This document shows, piece by piece, positions 1 to 8,310 of a DNA stretch of 64,000 bases; position 1 is the first letter of the stretch; every line of letters begins with the position of its first letter. The DNA is from Candidatus Omnitrophota bacterium (GTDB lineage: Bacteria > Omnitrophota > Omnitrophia > Omnitrophales > Aquincolibacteriaceae): positions 20,390 to 84,389 of the forward strand of contig JBAYGD010000006.1 in NCBI GenBank assembly GCA_041666865.1, read 5' to 3'. Under the pieces are notes generated by a model that saw nothing but the letters and a program-made list of their open reading frames with translations, was not told the origin of the DNA and did no database searches. Position numbers and translations under genes: made by a program.

Positions 1-2
1 AG

Positions 3-266
3 GCGGGTGCGAGTCCCGAAAAGTACGGGGTGACCGTGGATTTCAGCGCCGGAGGACTTGCCTTTCATACGGACGAAAACTACCGGCCGGAGAGCCTGCT
101 TGAAGTCACCGTCGAATTGCCCGCCGAATCCCTTCCGATGAACTGCCTTGCCAAAGTCGTCCGTACGGTACGGGAGGGCTCTTTCTGGCGAGTGGCCGTT
201 TTGTTCATGGACCTCCCGGCGGGAGACCGCGCGCGAATCGATCGCTTCGTCGCCGGGGAGTCTTGA
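3..266 (+). CDS. PilZ-domain protein, C-terminal fragment (5' end lies outside window)
   Basis: Frame is open from the window edge (the track lists it only from an internal Met at 30). DFSAGGLAF matches the PilZ DxSxxG motif. Stop at 264-266. Confidence 0.5.
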   Translation, partial: AGASPEKYGVTVDFSAGGLAFHTDENYRPESLLEVTVELPAESLPMNCLAKVVRTVREGSFWRVAVLFMDLPAGDRARIDRFVAGES

Positions 267-267
267 C

Positions 268-3200
268 ATGACCAGGCCCGGGTATTTCAACGAACCGACA
301 CAGCTCGAGATCCATAAACGAATCGTTCGCTGGGCCTTTTTGATCTCCTTTGCGGTTTTCTGCGTTTTTTTTATCACCACGCTGTCAAGCTGGCGATCTT
401 CCCTCGAGATGCTTCAATCGCGGCAAAAAACCCTCTTCCATGAAATGACGTCCGAGATGGTTTACCGGATGGAGAACGAATTTCATCATAGCGTCGAATT
501 TTTGAGATATATGCAAAACTTTTATTCGGGAAGCGAGGTTGTGAACCGTAGTGAATTCCGTGCTTTTCTGGATACCGACAGCCTGAAATCCAGGTACCCC
601 GGCCTCGTGGCCATCCGGTTTATCGAACGTGTTCCGGACCGCGAGGAGCTCGCTTTCGTGGACTCCGTCAAAAACGACAAAAGCCTTTCGAACGCGGGCT
701 ATCCCGGATTTTCCGTCCAAAGGATCCGCGTGCCCGGGAGTTATTTTTCCTCCCGCAACGAAGCCTATGTCATCAAGTACGTTGAACCGTATATCGGGAA
801 TGAAAAAATGATGGGGCTCGATGTTGCTTCGGACCCGGACCGGCAAAAGCTCTACGACCGGGCCTGGATGAGTGGCGAGGTCTCTTTCGGGCATATCACG
901 GAATGGACGAGCGGAAAGAGCGCTTTCACGATTTGTCTTCCGGTCTACGCCAACGACAAGCCGGCTGGCACCATCCTCGAAAGGCGCGACGCCCTCCGCG
1001 GTTTTCTGGACGTGGTGATTCTCTCGGAGGAATTTTTTCCGGAAATCTTCAAACAGACGACCCTGTTTTCAAAAATCGGATGCGCCATCTACAGCGGAGA
1101 TATTCCGTCGGAAAGCGAGGCTAAACGCGCTCCGGTGTTCGCGAATTTCATCCCCCTGGATCGGCGCGGGGTTCAGAAGAAGCCGGCTTTCGGGACGAGG
1201 CAGATCTTCAAGATTGAAGACAGCTGCTGGACGTTGTTTTTTTATGCCACCGAGGACTTCCGCCGCGCGGAGGTGGGCAGCGAAATGCCGCTCATGATTC
1301 TGATCCAGGGGACCCTGCTGAGTTTTCTCGTCTGGGGGATCCTTTATGTCCTTTCGGTCACCCGGCTGAACGCCGTCTTGATTGCCGACCGGCTGACCTT
1401 CGACGTTCAGGAATCCGAGCAGCGCATCCGGGCTTTGGCGCAGTCCGCGATGGACGCCGTCATCTCCACCGATCAGCGGGAAGACATCATTTTCTGGAAC
1501 CTCGGTGCGCAGAAAGCGTTTGGCTTCACGGAATCGGAAGCGCTCGGGAAACCCCTGAAGATTCTTTTCCCCCCGGGTTCCGGGGTGCGTCCCTGGGGCT
1601 TCAAGCAGCACGTCCGGATGGCGTTCGGGGATTCGGGTGGGAAGGTCATCAGTTTGACCTGCTTGAAGCGGGATGAAAGTGAGTTCCCGGCCGAAATTTC
1701 GATGTCGAGCTGGAAGCGGGGAGCCGATGATTTTCTAACCGTCGTTGTCCGCGACGTCAGCGACCAGGAGAAGATGCGCAACGACCTGAGAGACAGCCGG
1801 GACCGATACGCCACGCTGATCGAAGAGTCGCCGGACCCGATGATTTCGCTCGATGTCTTCGAATCGATTTGCGCGGTGAACTCTGCGGCTGAGGGCATGT
1901 CGGGACGACTCCGGGCCGAGCTGATTGGCCAATCCCTGAAACAAGTCGGTTTTATTATGCCCGAATCCCTGGAGACGCTCCGAAAAGAGTTTGAATGGTC
2001 CGTGTCGGGCCAGACGCGTGTTCCTTTTCCGATCGATGTCCGGCAGAGCGCCAATGCGGTCCGGTCTTACGAGGTGAACCTTCATGTGGTCCGGAGCCGG
2101 GAAAAGATCGATTCCGTTTTGGCGGTTTTTCGCGACATCACGGAGCGCAAAAAAATCGAAAAAATCCAGAACGTTGAACATACGGTTCTCCGGATCCTGG
2201 CGTCGGCTGTCACCGAGGAGGACGGCGCGGCCGGGATCGTCGAATACCTCTGTAAGGCATTTCATTGGGCCGTCGGATCGCTGTGGCTGCTCGACGAACA
2301 AGCCGGGCAGCTTCGGGCGGTTTTTGCTTCGGATGGAGCGTTTGAACCCTACCGGGCTGTTACCCTGCAGCAGGCGTGCGCCAAGGGGGTCGATCTTCCG
2401 GGCCGGGTCTGGGAGGCCCAGGGAAGCGTTTGGATCGAGAACGCCGCTTTGGAGCTCGGGCTCGCCCGGCGTCCGCTCGCTTCGGAGCTTCGCTTACAAA
2501 ATGCGGTTGGCTTTCCCATCTTCAACCAAAATGATTTTATGGGAGTCCTGGAGCTTGTGGGATTCGGGGTGGGGAGGCCAGACGAAGGTTTTTTGAATTT
2601 GTTCGGGATGATTTCCCAGCAGGTCGGGCAGTTCCTGTGGCGCAAGCGGGCGGAGGCCCAGCTGAAGAGGGCGGAGCAAGCGCTCGGGGAGCGCGAGCGT
2701 CTGTCCATGGTGTCGCAGCTTGCGGCGGGGGTGGCCCATGAGGTCAAGAACCCGTTGACGATCATTTTGCAGGGGGCAGAATATCTGCAGCGGGACAAGG
2801 ACCTCAAAGACCCCGTCTCGCTCGAAGTCTTGGATTGTATGAAGCAGGCTGTGGAACGTGCCGATAAGATTGCTAAGGGGTTGGTGGAGCTTTCGAAGCC
2901 CGAATCGGTCAGTTTGCAGTCGGAAGATATTCACGCCGTGATCGAGACCAGTCTTTTGCTGATCAAAAACCGGATCGAGCACTCTGGCGTTCGAATCATC
3001 AAGCAATGGCAGCGCGATCTTCCGAAGGCCGTGATCGACCGCGGCAAGATCGAGCAGGTTTTCATCAACCTCCTGACGAACGCGATCGAGGCCATGGTCT
3101 CGGGGGGAGGCCTGCTGACTGTCCGAACTTGGTCGGAGGGCTCGGCAAAGAAGGGGAGAACCGTCGTGGTCGAGATCGAGGATAGCGGGCCGGGGATTCC

Positions 3201-3408
3201 GGCTCATATCCTTCCCAAGCTTTTTACGCCCTTTGTGACCGGAAAGCGGGCGCAGGGGGGCAGCGGACTCGGGCTCCCGATCGTTAGAAACATTATGGAA
3301 ACGCATAAGGGGAAGGTGGCGATCGAGAATGTCCCGGCCGGGGGAGCGAAAGTGACGCTGGTCTTTCCTTGTGAGCGCGACGCAACCGTCATCGGAGGAA
3401 CTCTATGA
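268..3408 (+). CDS. Multi-sensor histidine kinase (TM, periplasmic CHASE-like domain, TM, 2x PAS, GAF, HisKA, HATPase_c)
   Basis: Track ORF 148..3408, trimmed to the first Met after the PilZ stop (MTRPGYF). Two TM helices flank a ~300-aa periplasmic region with CHASE-like motifs (YVIKYVEPYIGNEKMMGLDV). H-box HEVKNPLTII. G-boxes DSGPGIP and GGSGLGLPIV. Confidence 0.85.
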   Translation: MTRPGYFNEPTQLEIHKRIVRWAFLISFAVFCVFFITTLSSWRSSLEMLQSRQKTLFHEMTSEMVYRMENEFHHSVEFLRYMQNFYSGSEVVNRSEFRAFLDTDSLKSRYPGLVAIRFIERVPDREELAFVDSVKNDKSLSNAGYPGFSVQRIRVPGSYFSSRNEAYVIKYVEPYIGNEKMMGLDVASDPDRQKLYDRAWMSGEVSFGHITEWTSGKSAFTICLPVYANDKPAGTILERRDALRGFLDVVILSEEFFPEIFKQTTLFSKIGCAIYSGDIPSESEAKRAPVFANFIPLDRRGVQKKPAFGTRQIFKIEDSCWTLFFYATEDFRRAEVGSEMPLMILIQGTLLSFLVWGILYVLSVTRLNAVLIADRLTFDVQESEQRIRALAQSAMDAVISTDQREDIIFWNLGAQKAFGFTESEALGKPLKILFPPGSGVRPWGFKQHVRMAFGDSGGKVISLTCLKRDESEFPAEISMSSWKRGADDFLTVVVRDVSDQEKMRNDLRDSRDRYATLIEESPDPMISLDVFESICAVNSAAEGMSGRLRAELIGQSLKQVGFIMPESLETLRKEFEWSVSGQTRVPFPIDVRQSANAVRSYEVNLHVVRSREKIDSVLAVFRDITERKKIEKIQNVEHTVLRILASAVTEEDGAAGIVEYLCKAFHWAVGSLWLLDEQAGQLRAVFASDGAFEPYRAVTLQQACAKGVDLPGRVWEAQGSVWIENAALELGLARRPLASELRLQNAVGFPIFNQNDFMGVLELVGFGVGRPDEGFLNLFGMISQQVGQFLWRKRAEAQLKRAEQALGERERLSMVSQLAAGVAHEVKNPLTIILQGAEYLQRDKDLKDPVSLEVLDCMKQAVERADKIAKGLVELSKPESVSLQSEDIHAVIETSLLLIKNRIEHSGVRIIKQWQRDLPKAVIDRGKIEQVFINLLTNAIEAMVSGGGLLTVRTWSEGSAKKGRTVVVEIEDSGPGIPAHILPKLFTPFVTGKRAQGGSGLGLPIVRNIMETHKGKVAIENVPAGGAKVTLVFPCERDATVIGGTL

Positions 3409-3779
3409 GCCATAAAATCATGCTTGTTGACGACGAAATCGACTGTCTGAGAATGATGAAATTGAATCTGGAAGCGGTCGGGGGCTATCATGTCCAGGTC
3501 GAGAGCCGGGCCGTCAAGGCACTCGAGACCGCCAGGACCTTCAAGCCCGATTTGATTTTCCTCGATCTCGTGATGCCCGAGATGGACGGTTCGGATGTGG
3601 CCTGTGCGCTCAAGGCGGACCCGCAGCTGGCCAAGATTCCGGTTGTTTTTCTGACCGCAACCGTGACCGAATCGGAAGTCTCCCAAACCGGACAGCGGAT
3701 CGGCGGCCAAGTATTTCTCGCAAAGCCCGTGACCGTCAAACAATTGACCGACTGCATTCAACAAATCCTGGGTGAGTAA
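3405..3779 (+). CDS. Stand-alone response regulator receiver (CheY-like, no output domain)
   Basis: 124 aa. IMLVDDE...DLIFLDLVMPEMDG...LAKPV receiver signature. ATGA overlap with the kinase stop. Confidence 0.9.
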   Translation: MSHKIMLVDDEIDCLRMMKLNLEAVGGYHVQVESRAVKALETARTFKPDLIFLDLVMPEMDGSDVACALKADPQLAKIPVVFLTATVTESEVSQTGQRIGGQVFLAKPVTVKQLTDCIQQILGE

Positions 3780-3784
3780 AAGCG

Positions 3785-5050
3785 ATGCCAAATTATCAAT
3801 ACCGGGCTAAAGACGGCCGCGGGAAAACCGTCGATGGGTTGATGGAAGCGGCCAGTGAGGGAGAAGCCGTCGAAAAAGTCAACCGGCTTGGGCTTCTTCC
3901 GGTCCGAGTCGAACTGACGGCGGCACCCGTCAAGCCCGAGCCGGTGCAGAAAAGCGAAACCGAAGAAAAGGCTCCGGCCCGCCCCGTTGCGCGCAAAGCG
4001 CCCGCGAAGGGCGGTCCGATCAAGAGCAAGGAGATCACGGCGTTTGGCAGACAGCTCTCGAGCCTGATCCGCTCGGGGGTCCCTATTCTCAAGGCCATCG
4101 GCATCATCAGTCAGCAGTCCGACAGCGCGGCGTTCAAAAAAATGCTCGATCAAATCTACGAGGACGTCAAAAACGGCGCTCCTTTTTCGGCGTCCCTCGG
4201 GAAGTTTCCCGGTTTATTCCCCCCTCTTTATACCGCGCTCGTTGCGGCCGGAGAATCCACCGGGAACCTGGATCAGTCTCTTCTGAGGGTCACCGAATAC
4301 AGGCAAAAACAGGAGGACATCGTTTCCCGCGTCCGGGCGGCCCTGATCTACCCGATGCTGATGGGCATCACGGGGCTCGGGACCATTATTTTCATGCTCA
4401 CTTTTGTCATGCCCAGGCTTTTGGGCATCTTTGCGCGCCTTGGGGGCGAGTTGCCCCTGCCGACGAGGATTCTGATCGGGACAAGCGATGCGCTCAGGCA
4501 GCCCTGGATCTGGGTTGGCGTCGCGGCGGCCGTTTTGGCCGGTGTGGTCTTGAGCCGTCAGAAAAATGAAAAGCACGCTCTGGCCCTGAGTCTTTTTGTT
4601 TTGGGGATCCCGCTTCTCGGGGACTTCGCCCTGAAAATAGAAATTGCGCGCTTTACGCGGACCATGGAGCTTTTGATCAAAAGCGGCATCTCCGTTCTTG
4701 CGGCGATCCGCACCACGGCGCCCGTGATCGCGAACCTGGTCCTGCGCAACGACCTCCTGAAGTGCCTGCAGGATATCAGCGAGGGCGGCTCGTTCGGCAG
4801 AAGCCTCCGGAGGTCGAAGCGTTTTCCGAGTTTCATGATCAATCTGATCAGCGTTGGTGAAGAATCGGGCAAGCTCGATGAATCGCTCGGAGAAATCGCG
4901 AATTTTTACGAGCGTGAAACCGACGAGGCGGTGCGCATTCTGACCTCGCTCCTGGAGCCTTTGATGATCCTCGGGATGGGCCTGGTGGTCGGCTTCATCG
5001 TTGTGGCGATGCTGCTTCCCATGTTCGAAATCAACATGATGGTGAAATAA
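3785..5050 (+). CDS. gspF: Type II secretion / type IV pilus platform protein GspF/PilC family
   Basis: 421 aa with two T2SSF repeats (LSSLIRSGVPILKAI ... LLIKSGISVLAAI) and three TM segments. Starts 5 nt after the receiver stop. Confidence 0.85.
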   Translation: MPNYQYRAKDGRGKTVDGLMEAASEGEAVEKVNRLGLLPVRVELTAAPVKPEPVQKSETEEKAPARPVARKAPAKGGPIKSKEITAFGRQLSSLIRSGVPILKAIGIISQQSDSAAFKKMLDQIYEDVKNGAPFSASLGKFPGLFPPLYTALVAAGESTGNLDQSLLRVTEYRQKQEDIVSRVRAALIYPMLMGITGLGTIIFMLTFVMPRLLGIFARLGGELPLPTRILIGTSDALRQPWIWVGVAAAVLAGVVLSRQKNEKHALALSLFVLGIPLLGDFALKIEIARFTRTMELLIKSGISVLAAIRTTAPVIANLVLRNDLLKCLQDISEGGSFGRSLRRSKRFPSFMINLISVGEESGKLDESLGEIANFYERETDEAVRILTSLLEPLMILGMGLVVGFIVVAMLLPMFEINMMVK

Positions 5051-5061
5051 ACGGACCGGCG

Positions 5062-5859
5062 ATGCTGAAACGATTGTTCCTCCAAGGGGCTTGTTTGGGG
5101 ATGGTGCTGGGTATTTTTTTAGGGGCGAAGGGAAGTCCTCCGACCTGGGAAGAATTGAAAGGCGACCATTTTATCGTCTATTACACCGGCGCGGGTGACT
5201 TTGCGAAGGACGTCCTGCGAAAGGCGGAGGAATGTTATTCCCGGGTCGGTGAAGATCTCGGATACGCTCGGCATTCGAAATTTTGGCAATGGGAAAAACG
5301 GGTTAAGATCTACATTTACAAAACCCACGAGGATTTCGTTCGCGGGACGGGCCGGCAGAAATGGTCGCACGGGTATGCCGATTATCATGCCAAAAAGATC
5401 TTCAGCTATGAGTGGAAAGAAGGATTTCTGGACGCCCTGTTGCCTCATGAAATTACGCATCTGATTTTCCGGGATTACGTCGGGTTCCGGGGCGAAGTTC
5501 CGGTTTGGCTCGACGAGGGGGTTGCGCAGTGGCAGGAGCCCGCCAAGCGGGGGGCTGTCCGGCAGCTCATGAAGTTTTATTTTTATGATGAAAAGGGGTA
5601 TTCGCTGAAAAACCTGACCGAGATCGACGTTCAGAACGTCAGAACGAAACTTGCCGTGGATCTTTTTTACACTCAGTCGGCCTCGGTCATCGATTTTCTG
5701 GTGACCAAGTACGGGGGCGACCGTTTTGTCGACTTTTGCCGTCAACTGCGGGACGGGAAAAAAATGGACGAGGCCCTGCCTTTCGCCTATCCGCTGCAGA
5801 TCCGCAATCTCAACGAACTGGAGGAGCAATGGAAACAGTACATTTTAAGCGCACCGTAA
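5062..5859 (+). CDS. Predicted zinc metallopeptidase, Peptidase_MA-like (HExxH ... E), signal/TM N-terminus
   Basis: HEITHLIF followed by WLDEGVAQWQE gives the gluzincin HExxH plus downstream Glu ligand. Hydrophobic N-terminus. Lies between gspF and gspG. Confidence 0.6.
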   Translation: MLKRLFLQGACLGMVLGIFLGAKGSPPTWEELKGDHFIVYYTGAGDFAKDVLRKAEECYSRVGEDLGYARHSKFWQWEKRVKIYIYKTHEDFVRGTGRQKWSHGYADYHAKKIFSYEWKEGFLDALLPHEITHLIFRDYVGFRGEVPVWLDEGVAQWQEPAKRGAVRQLMKFYFYDEKGYSLKNLTEIDVQNVRTKLAVDLFYTQSASVIDFLVTKYGGDRFVDFCRQLRDGKKMDEALPFAYPLQIRNLNELEEQWKQYILSAP

Positions 5860-6263
5860 ACCCGCAATCCGGCTTCACGCTGATCGAGCTGATGCTTGTC
5901 GTGATCATTATCGGCGCCCTGGTGGCGATGGTCCTCCCTCGCCTTGCGGGCCGCTCCGAACAGGCGAGGGTGCAGGCTGCTCAGGCGGATATCCGCTCGA
6001 ACATCGCCACGGCCTTGAAGCTTTACGAACTCGATAACGGGTCCTTTCCGCCCTCGGGGGAGGGGCTGAACGCGCTTTTCACGAAATCAGGGAACGCGCG
6101 AAACTGGAACGGGCCGTATTTGGAGAAAAGGCCGCTGGATCCCTGGGGCCACGACTATAAATACGACAGCCCGGGAACGCACCGCCCCGGGGATTACGAC
6201 CTGTCGTCGGCAGGCAAAGACGGGGCCGCCGGCACGACCGATGATATTACCAATTGGGATTAA
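5829..6263 (+). CDS. gspG: Major pseudopilin GspG (type II secretion)
   Basis: Track ORF 5736..6263 starts at TTG; trimmed to the ATG giving METVHFKRTVNPQSG/FTLIELMLVVIIIGAL (prepilin cleavage motif with Glu+5). GspG C-terminal signature NGPYLEK...PLDPWGHDYKY...DYDLSSAGKDG. Confidence 0.85.
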   Translation: METVHFKRTVNPQSGFTLIELMLVVIIIGALVAMVLPRLAGRSEQARVQAAQADIRSNIATALKLYELDNGSFPPSGEGLNALFTKSGNARNWNGPYLEKRPLDPWGHDYKYDSPGTHRPGDYDLSSAGKDGAAGTTDDITNWD

Positions 6264-6651
6264 AAAAAGGTCCCGCGGTTTTACCCTGATCGAGGTTCTG
6301 ATCACGGTCGCCGTTCTTTCGGTGGCAACCGTTTTCATCTCGCAGGGCAACCTCTTGAGCGGGGCCGTGTACGGGCGTTCCGTCAACCGCCTGGAAATGC
6401 AGAATTGGGCGGCCGAAAAGATCTGGAAAGTCAAAGAAGAGATTCTGGGCGCCGAATTCCCAGAAGTCGGGGCCTCGAGCGGTGCGGTGCAGGGAAAAAC
6501 CCGCGCCTACCGGTGGACCCTGGACGTCAAAGAGGAGCGCGAGAAGCTTTGCACGGCGTACGAGATTTCGCTTGCCGTGACGTGGCCCGAAGGCGGCGGC
6601 GAAGCCCTTGCCGAGCGTTATGGCGCGATCCTGAAGGTGAAAGGTAAATAA
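6241..6651 (+). CDS. Minor pseudopilin, GspI-like
   Basis: N-terminal RG/FTLIEVLITVAVLSV prepilin motif, 136 aa. Start codon uncertain: it overlaps the gspG end and an internal alternative start is possible. Confidence 0.65.
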   Translation: MILPIGIKKRSRGFTLIEVLITVAVLSVATVFISQGNLLSGAVYGRSVNRLEMQNWAAEKIWKVKEEILGAEFPEVGASSGAVQGKTRAYRWTLDVKEEREKLCTAYEISLAVTWPEGGGEALAERYGAILKVKGK

Positions 6652-6652
6652 C

Positions 6653-7252
6653 ATGCGCCGCTCCCGAGGGTTCACGCTGATCGAAGTGCTCCTCGTGGTT
6701 TCCCTGGCCGCGCTCATTGGCATGGCCGTCTACTCGATGTTCGCGAGCGCGGTCAATATGATGCACCGGATCAGCGATAATGCGCTGGACGAAGACGCGG
6801 ATATCTTCTTCGAAAAGGTGGACCGTGAGATTTCCTGCCAGGTTGTTTTTAAGGGGATTCCCTTCGAAGGGACGGCATCTTCCATGAGTTTCGCGGCCCC
6901 GATTGCTTTGAATCCGGAGAATCCCGCGGAGCGCGGAGTCGGACGAGTCCGGTACGATTTTGGGGGCTCGTCCCAGGGGTTCGTGAGGCGCCAGCAGAAC
7001 CTTCATCAGGTGTTCAAGACGATTGAGGGCGCGCCGGCGTCCCTGATGACAGCGGCAACGAGTCTTCGGTTTCAGTACTTTGTGTACCGGGAAAAGGACC
7101 AGCTCTACGAGTGGACGGAAGAGTGGAACTCTGCGGAGCAGGACGGACAACTGCCGGCCGCGGTCAGGCTCAAGCTCGAGTGTGCACGGGGAGAGGAGGC
7201 CAAAAAGTATGAGCGGACGATTGCTATCCCGATTGCGGGATCCACGCGGTAG
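6653..7252 (+). CDS. Minor pseudopilin, GspJ-like
   Basis: MRRSRG/FTLIEVLLVVSLAAL prepilin leader. 199 aa, the size typical for GspJ. Confidence 0.7.
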   Translation: MRRSRGFTLIEVLLVVSLAALIGMAVYSMFASAVNMMHRISDNALDEDADIFFEKVDREISCQVVFKGIPFEGTASSMSFAAPIALNPENPAERGVGRVRYDFGGSSQGFVRRQQNLHQVFKTIEGAPASLMTAATSLRFQYFVYREKDQLYEWTEEWNSAEQDGQLPAAVRLKLECARGEEAKKYERTIAIPIAGSTR

Positions 7253-8297
7253 TCTTCTGGTGCTCGCGCTCTGGATGATCGCGGTGGTGGCGATTCTTTC
7301 GGTTTCGATCAGCGAGTATGTCCGCCAGAAAATCGCCCTCTCGGACCGTCTGGACCGGAGGAACTGGCTGGCCGGGATCGCGGAAACGGGGGTCACGCGG
7401 GTGCTGTACAAGCTCCGCCAGAAAAAAGAAGCGGCTGAAGGATATCACGGTTTGAACGATACATATACCAGTGCGGCGGGCGACGTCCGGATGGGGGAAG
7501 GGGCTTTGGCTCTTTCGTATCCGGTGCGGAATCCGTGGACCGGCCAGATGCAGATGCGCTACGGCGTCGAGGACGAAGAGGGCCGATTCAACGTCAACGT
7601 CATCGACGGCAAGAGAATCGCCAAGTTTATCGAAGTGGTCGCCGAGGCGGAGGAGGATCAGGCGAAGGAAATCGCCTACGCGATCGTGGACTGGAGGGAC
7701 ACCAACGATTCCCTGTCTGACCCGAAGTTCGGCGCCGAAGACGATGACTACGAGGACCTGGACCCGCCTTATGAGGCCAAAGACCAGCCCTTCGAATCAC
7801 TCGACGAGCTTTTGCTCGTCCGGGGCATGACCCCAGAGATCTTCGAGCGGATTCAGCCTTTCGTGACGATCTACGGCCCCGGGACGGTCAACATCAACAC
7901 CGCTCCGATGGAAGTTTTGATGGGGCTTGGAATGTCCAAGGAGCTCGCAGGAAAGGTCGTGATGTACCGTGCGGGGCAGGACGGGGAGGAAGGGACCTCC
8001 GACGACCGCGTTTTTATGCAGGCGGCGAATGTTTCCACGGAACTGATGAAGAAGGTCAAGCTGGCCGGCGCGGAATCGACGATGGTCTCACAGATGGTCA
8101 GTAAGGGACAGCTGGGCGTCGACTCGACTCATTTCCGGATCCGAAGCCAGGGCAAAAGCATGCGGAAAAAGCAGATTCTCGAGATCGAAGCAGTCGCCGA
8201 CACCGACGGAGTGATCCTGTCCTGGTCGGTTTCGTCGCCGAGGCGCATGAGCGCGCCGGAGCTGTCTTTGGCTGCGACGGGTACGCAAGAGGGATGA
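7209..8297 (+). CDS. gspK: Minor pseudopilin GspK
   Basis: Track ORF 7080..8297 trimmed to MSGRLL...GSLLVLALWMIAVVAIL. The GTVNINTAP motif of the GspK helix-hairpin-helix region is present. Confidence 0.75.
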   Translation: MSGRLLSRLRDPRGSLLVLALWMIAVVAILSVSISEYVRQKIALSDRLDRRNWLAGIAETGVTRVLYKLRQKKEAAEGYHGLNDTYTSAAGDVRMGEGALALSYPVRNPWTGQMQMRYGVEDEEGRFNVNVIDGKRIAKFIEVVAEAEEDQAKEIAYAIVDWRDTNDSLSDPKFGAEDDDYEDLDPPYEAKDQPFESLDELLLVRGMTPEIFERIQPFVTIYGPGTVNINTAPMEVLMGLGMSKELAGKVVMYRAGQDGEEGTSDDRVFMQAANVSTELMKKVKLAGAESTMVSQMVSKGQLGVDSTHFRIRSQGKSMRKKQILEIEAVADTDGVILSWSVSSPRRMSAPELSLAATGTQEG

Positions 8298-8310
8298 AGG
8301 GAGGAGCGAC

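Noticed and set aside
148-267. N-terminal 40 codons of the track's 1086-aa kinase ORF
   Set aside because: This part overlaps the PilZ gene's 3' end in another frame. The first Met after the PilZ stop (268) gives a sensible TM-anchored start.
385-3306. Multiple 150-270-aa minus-strand ORFs inside the kinase gene (e.g. 385..894, 2494..3306)
   Set aside because: These are typical stop-poor antisense shadow ORFs of high-GC coding DNA. They have no domain signatures and overlap a strongly supported + strand gene.
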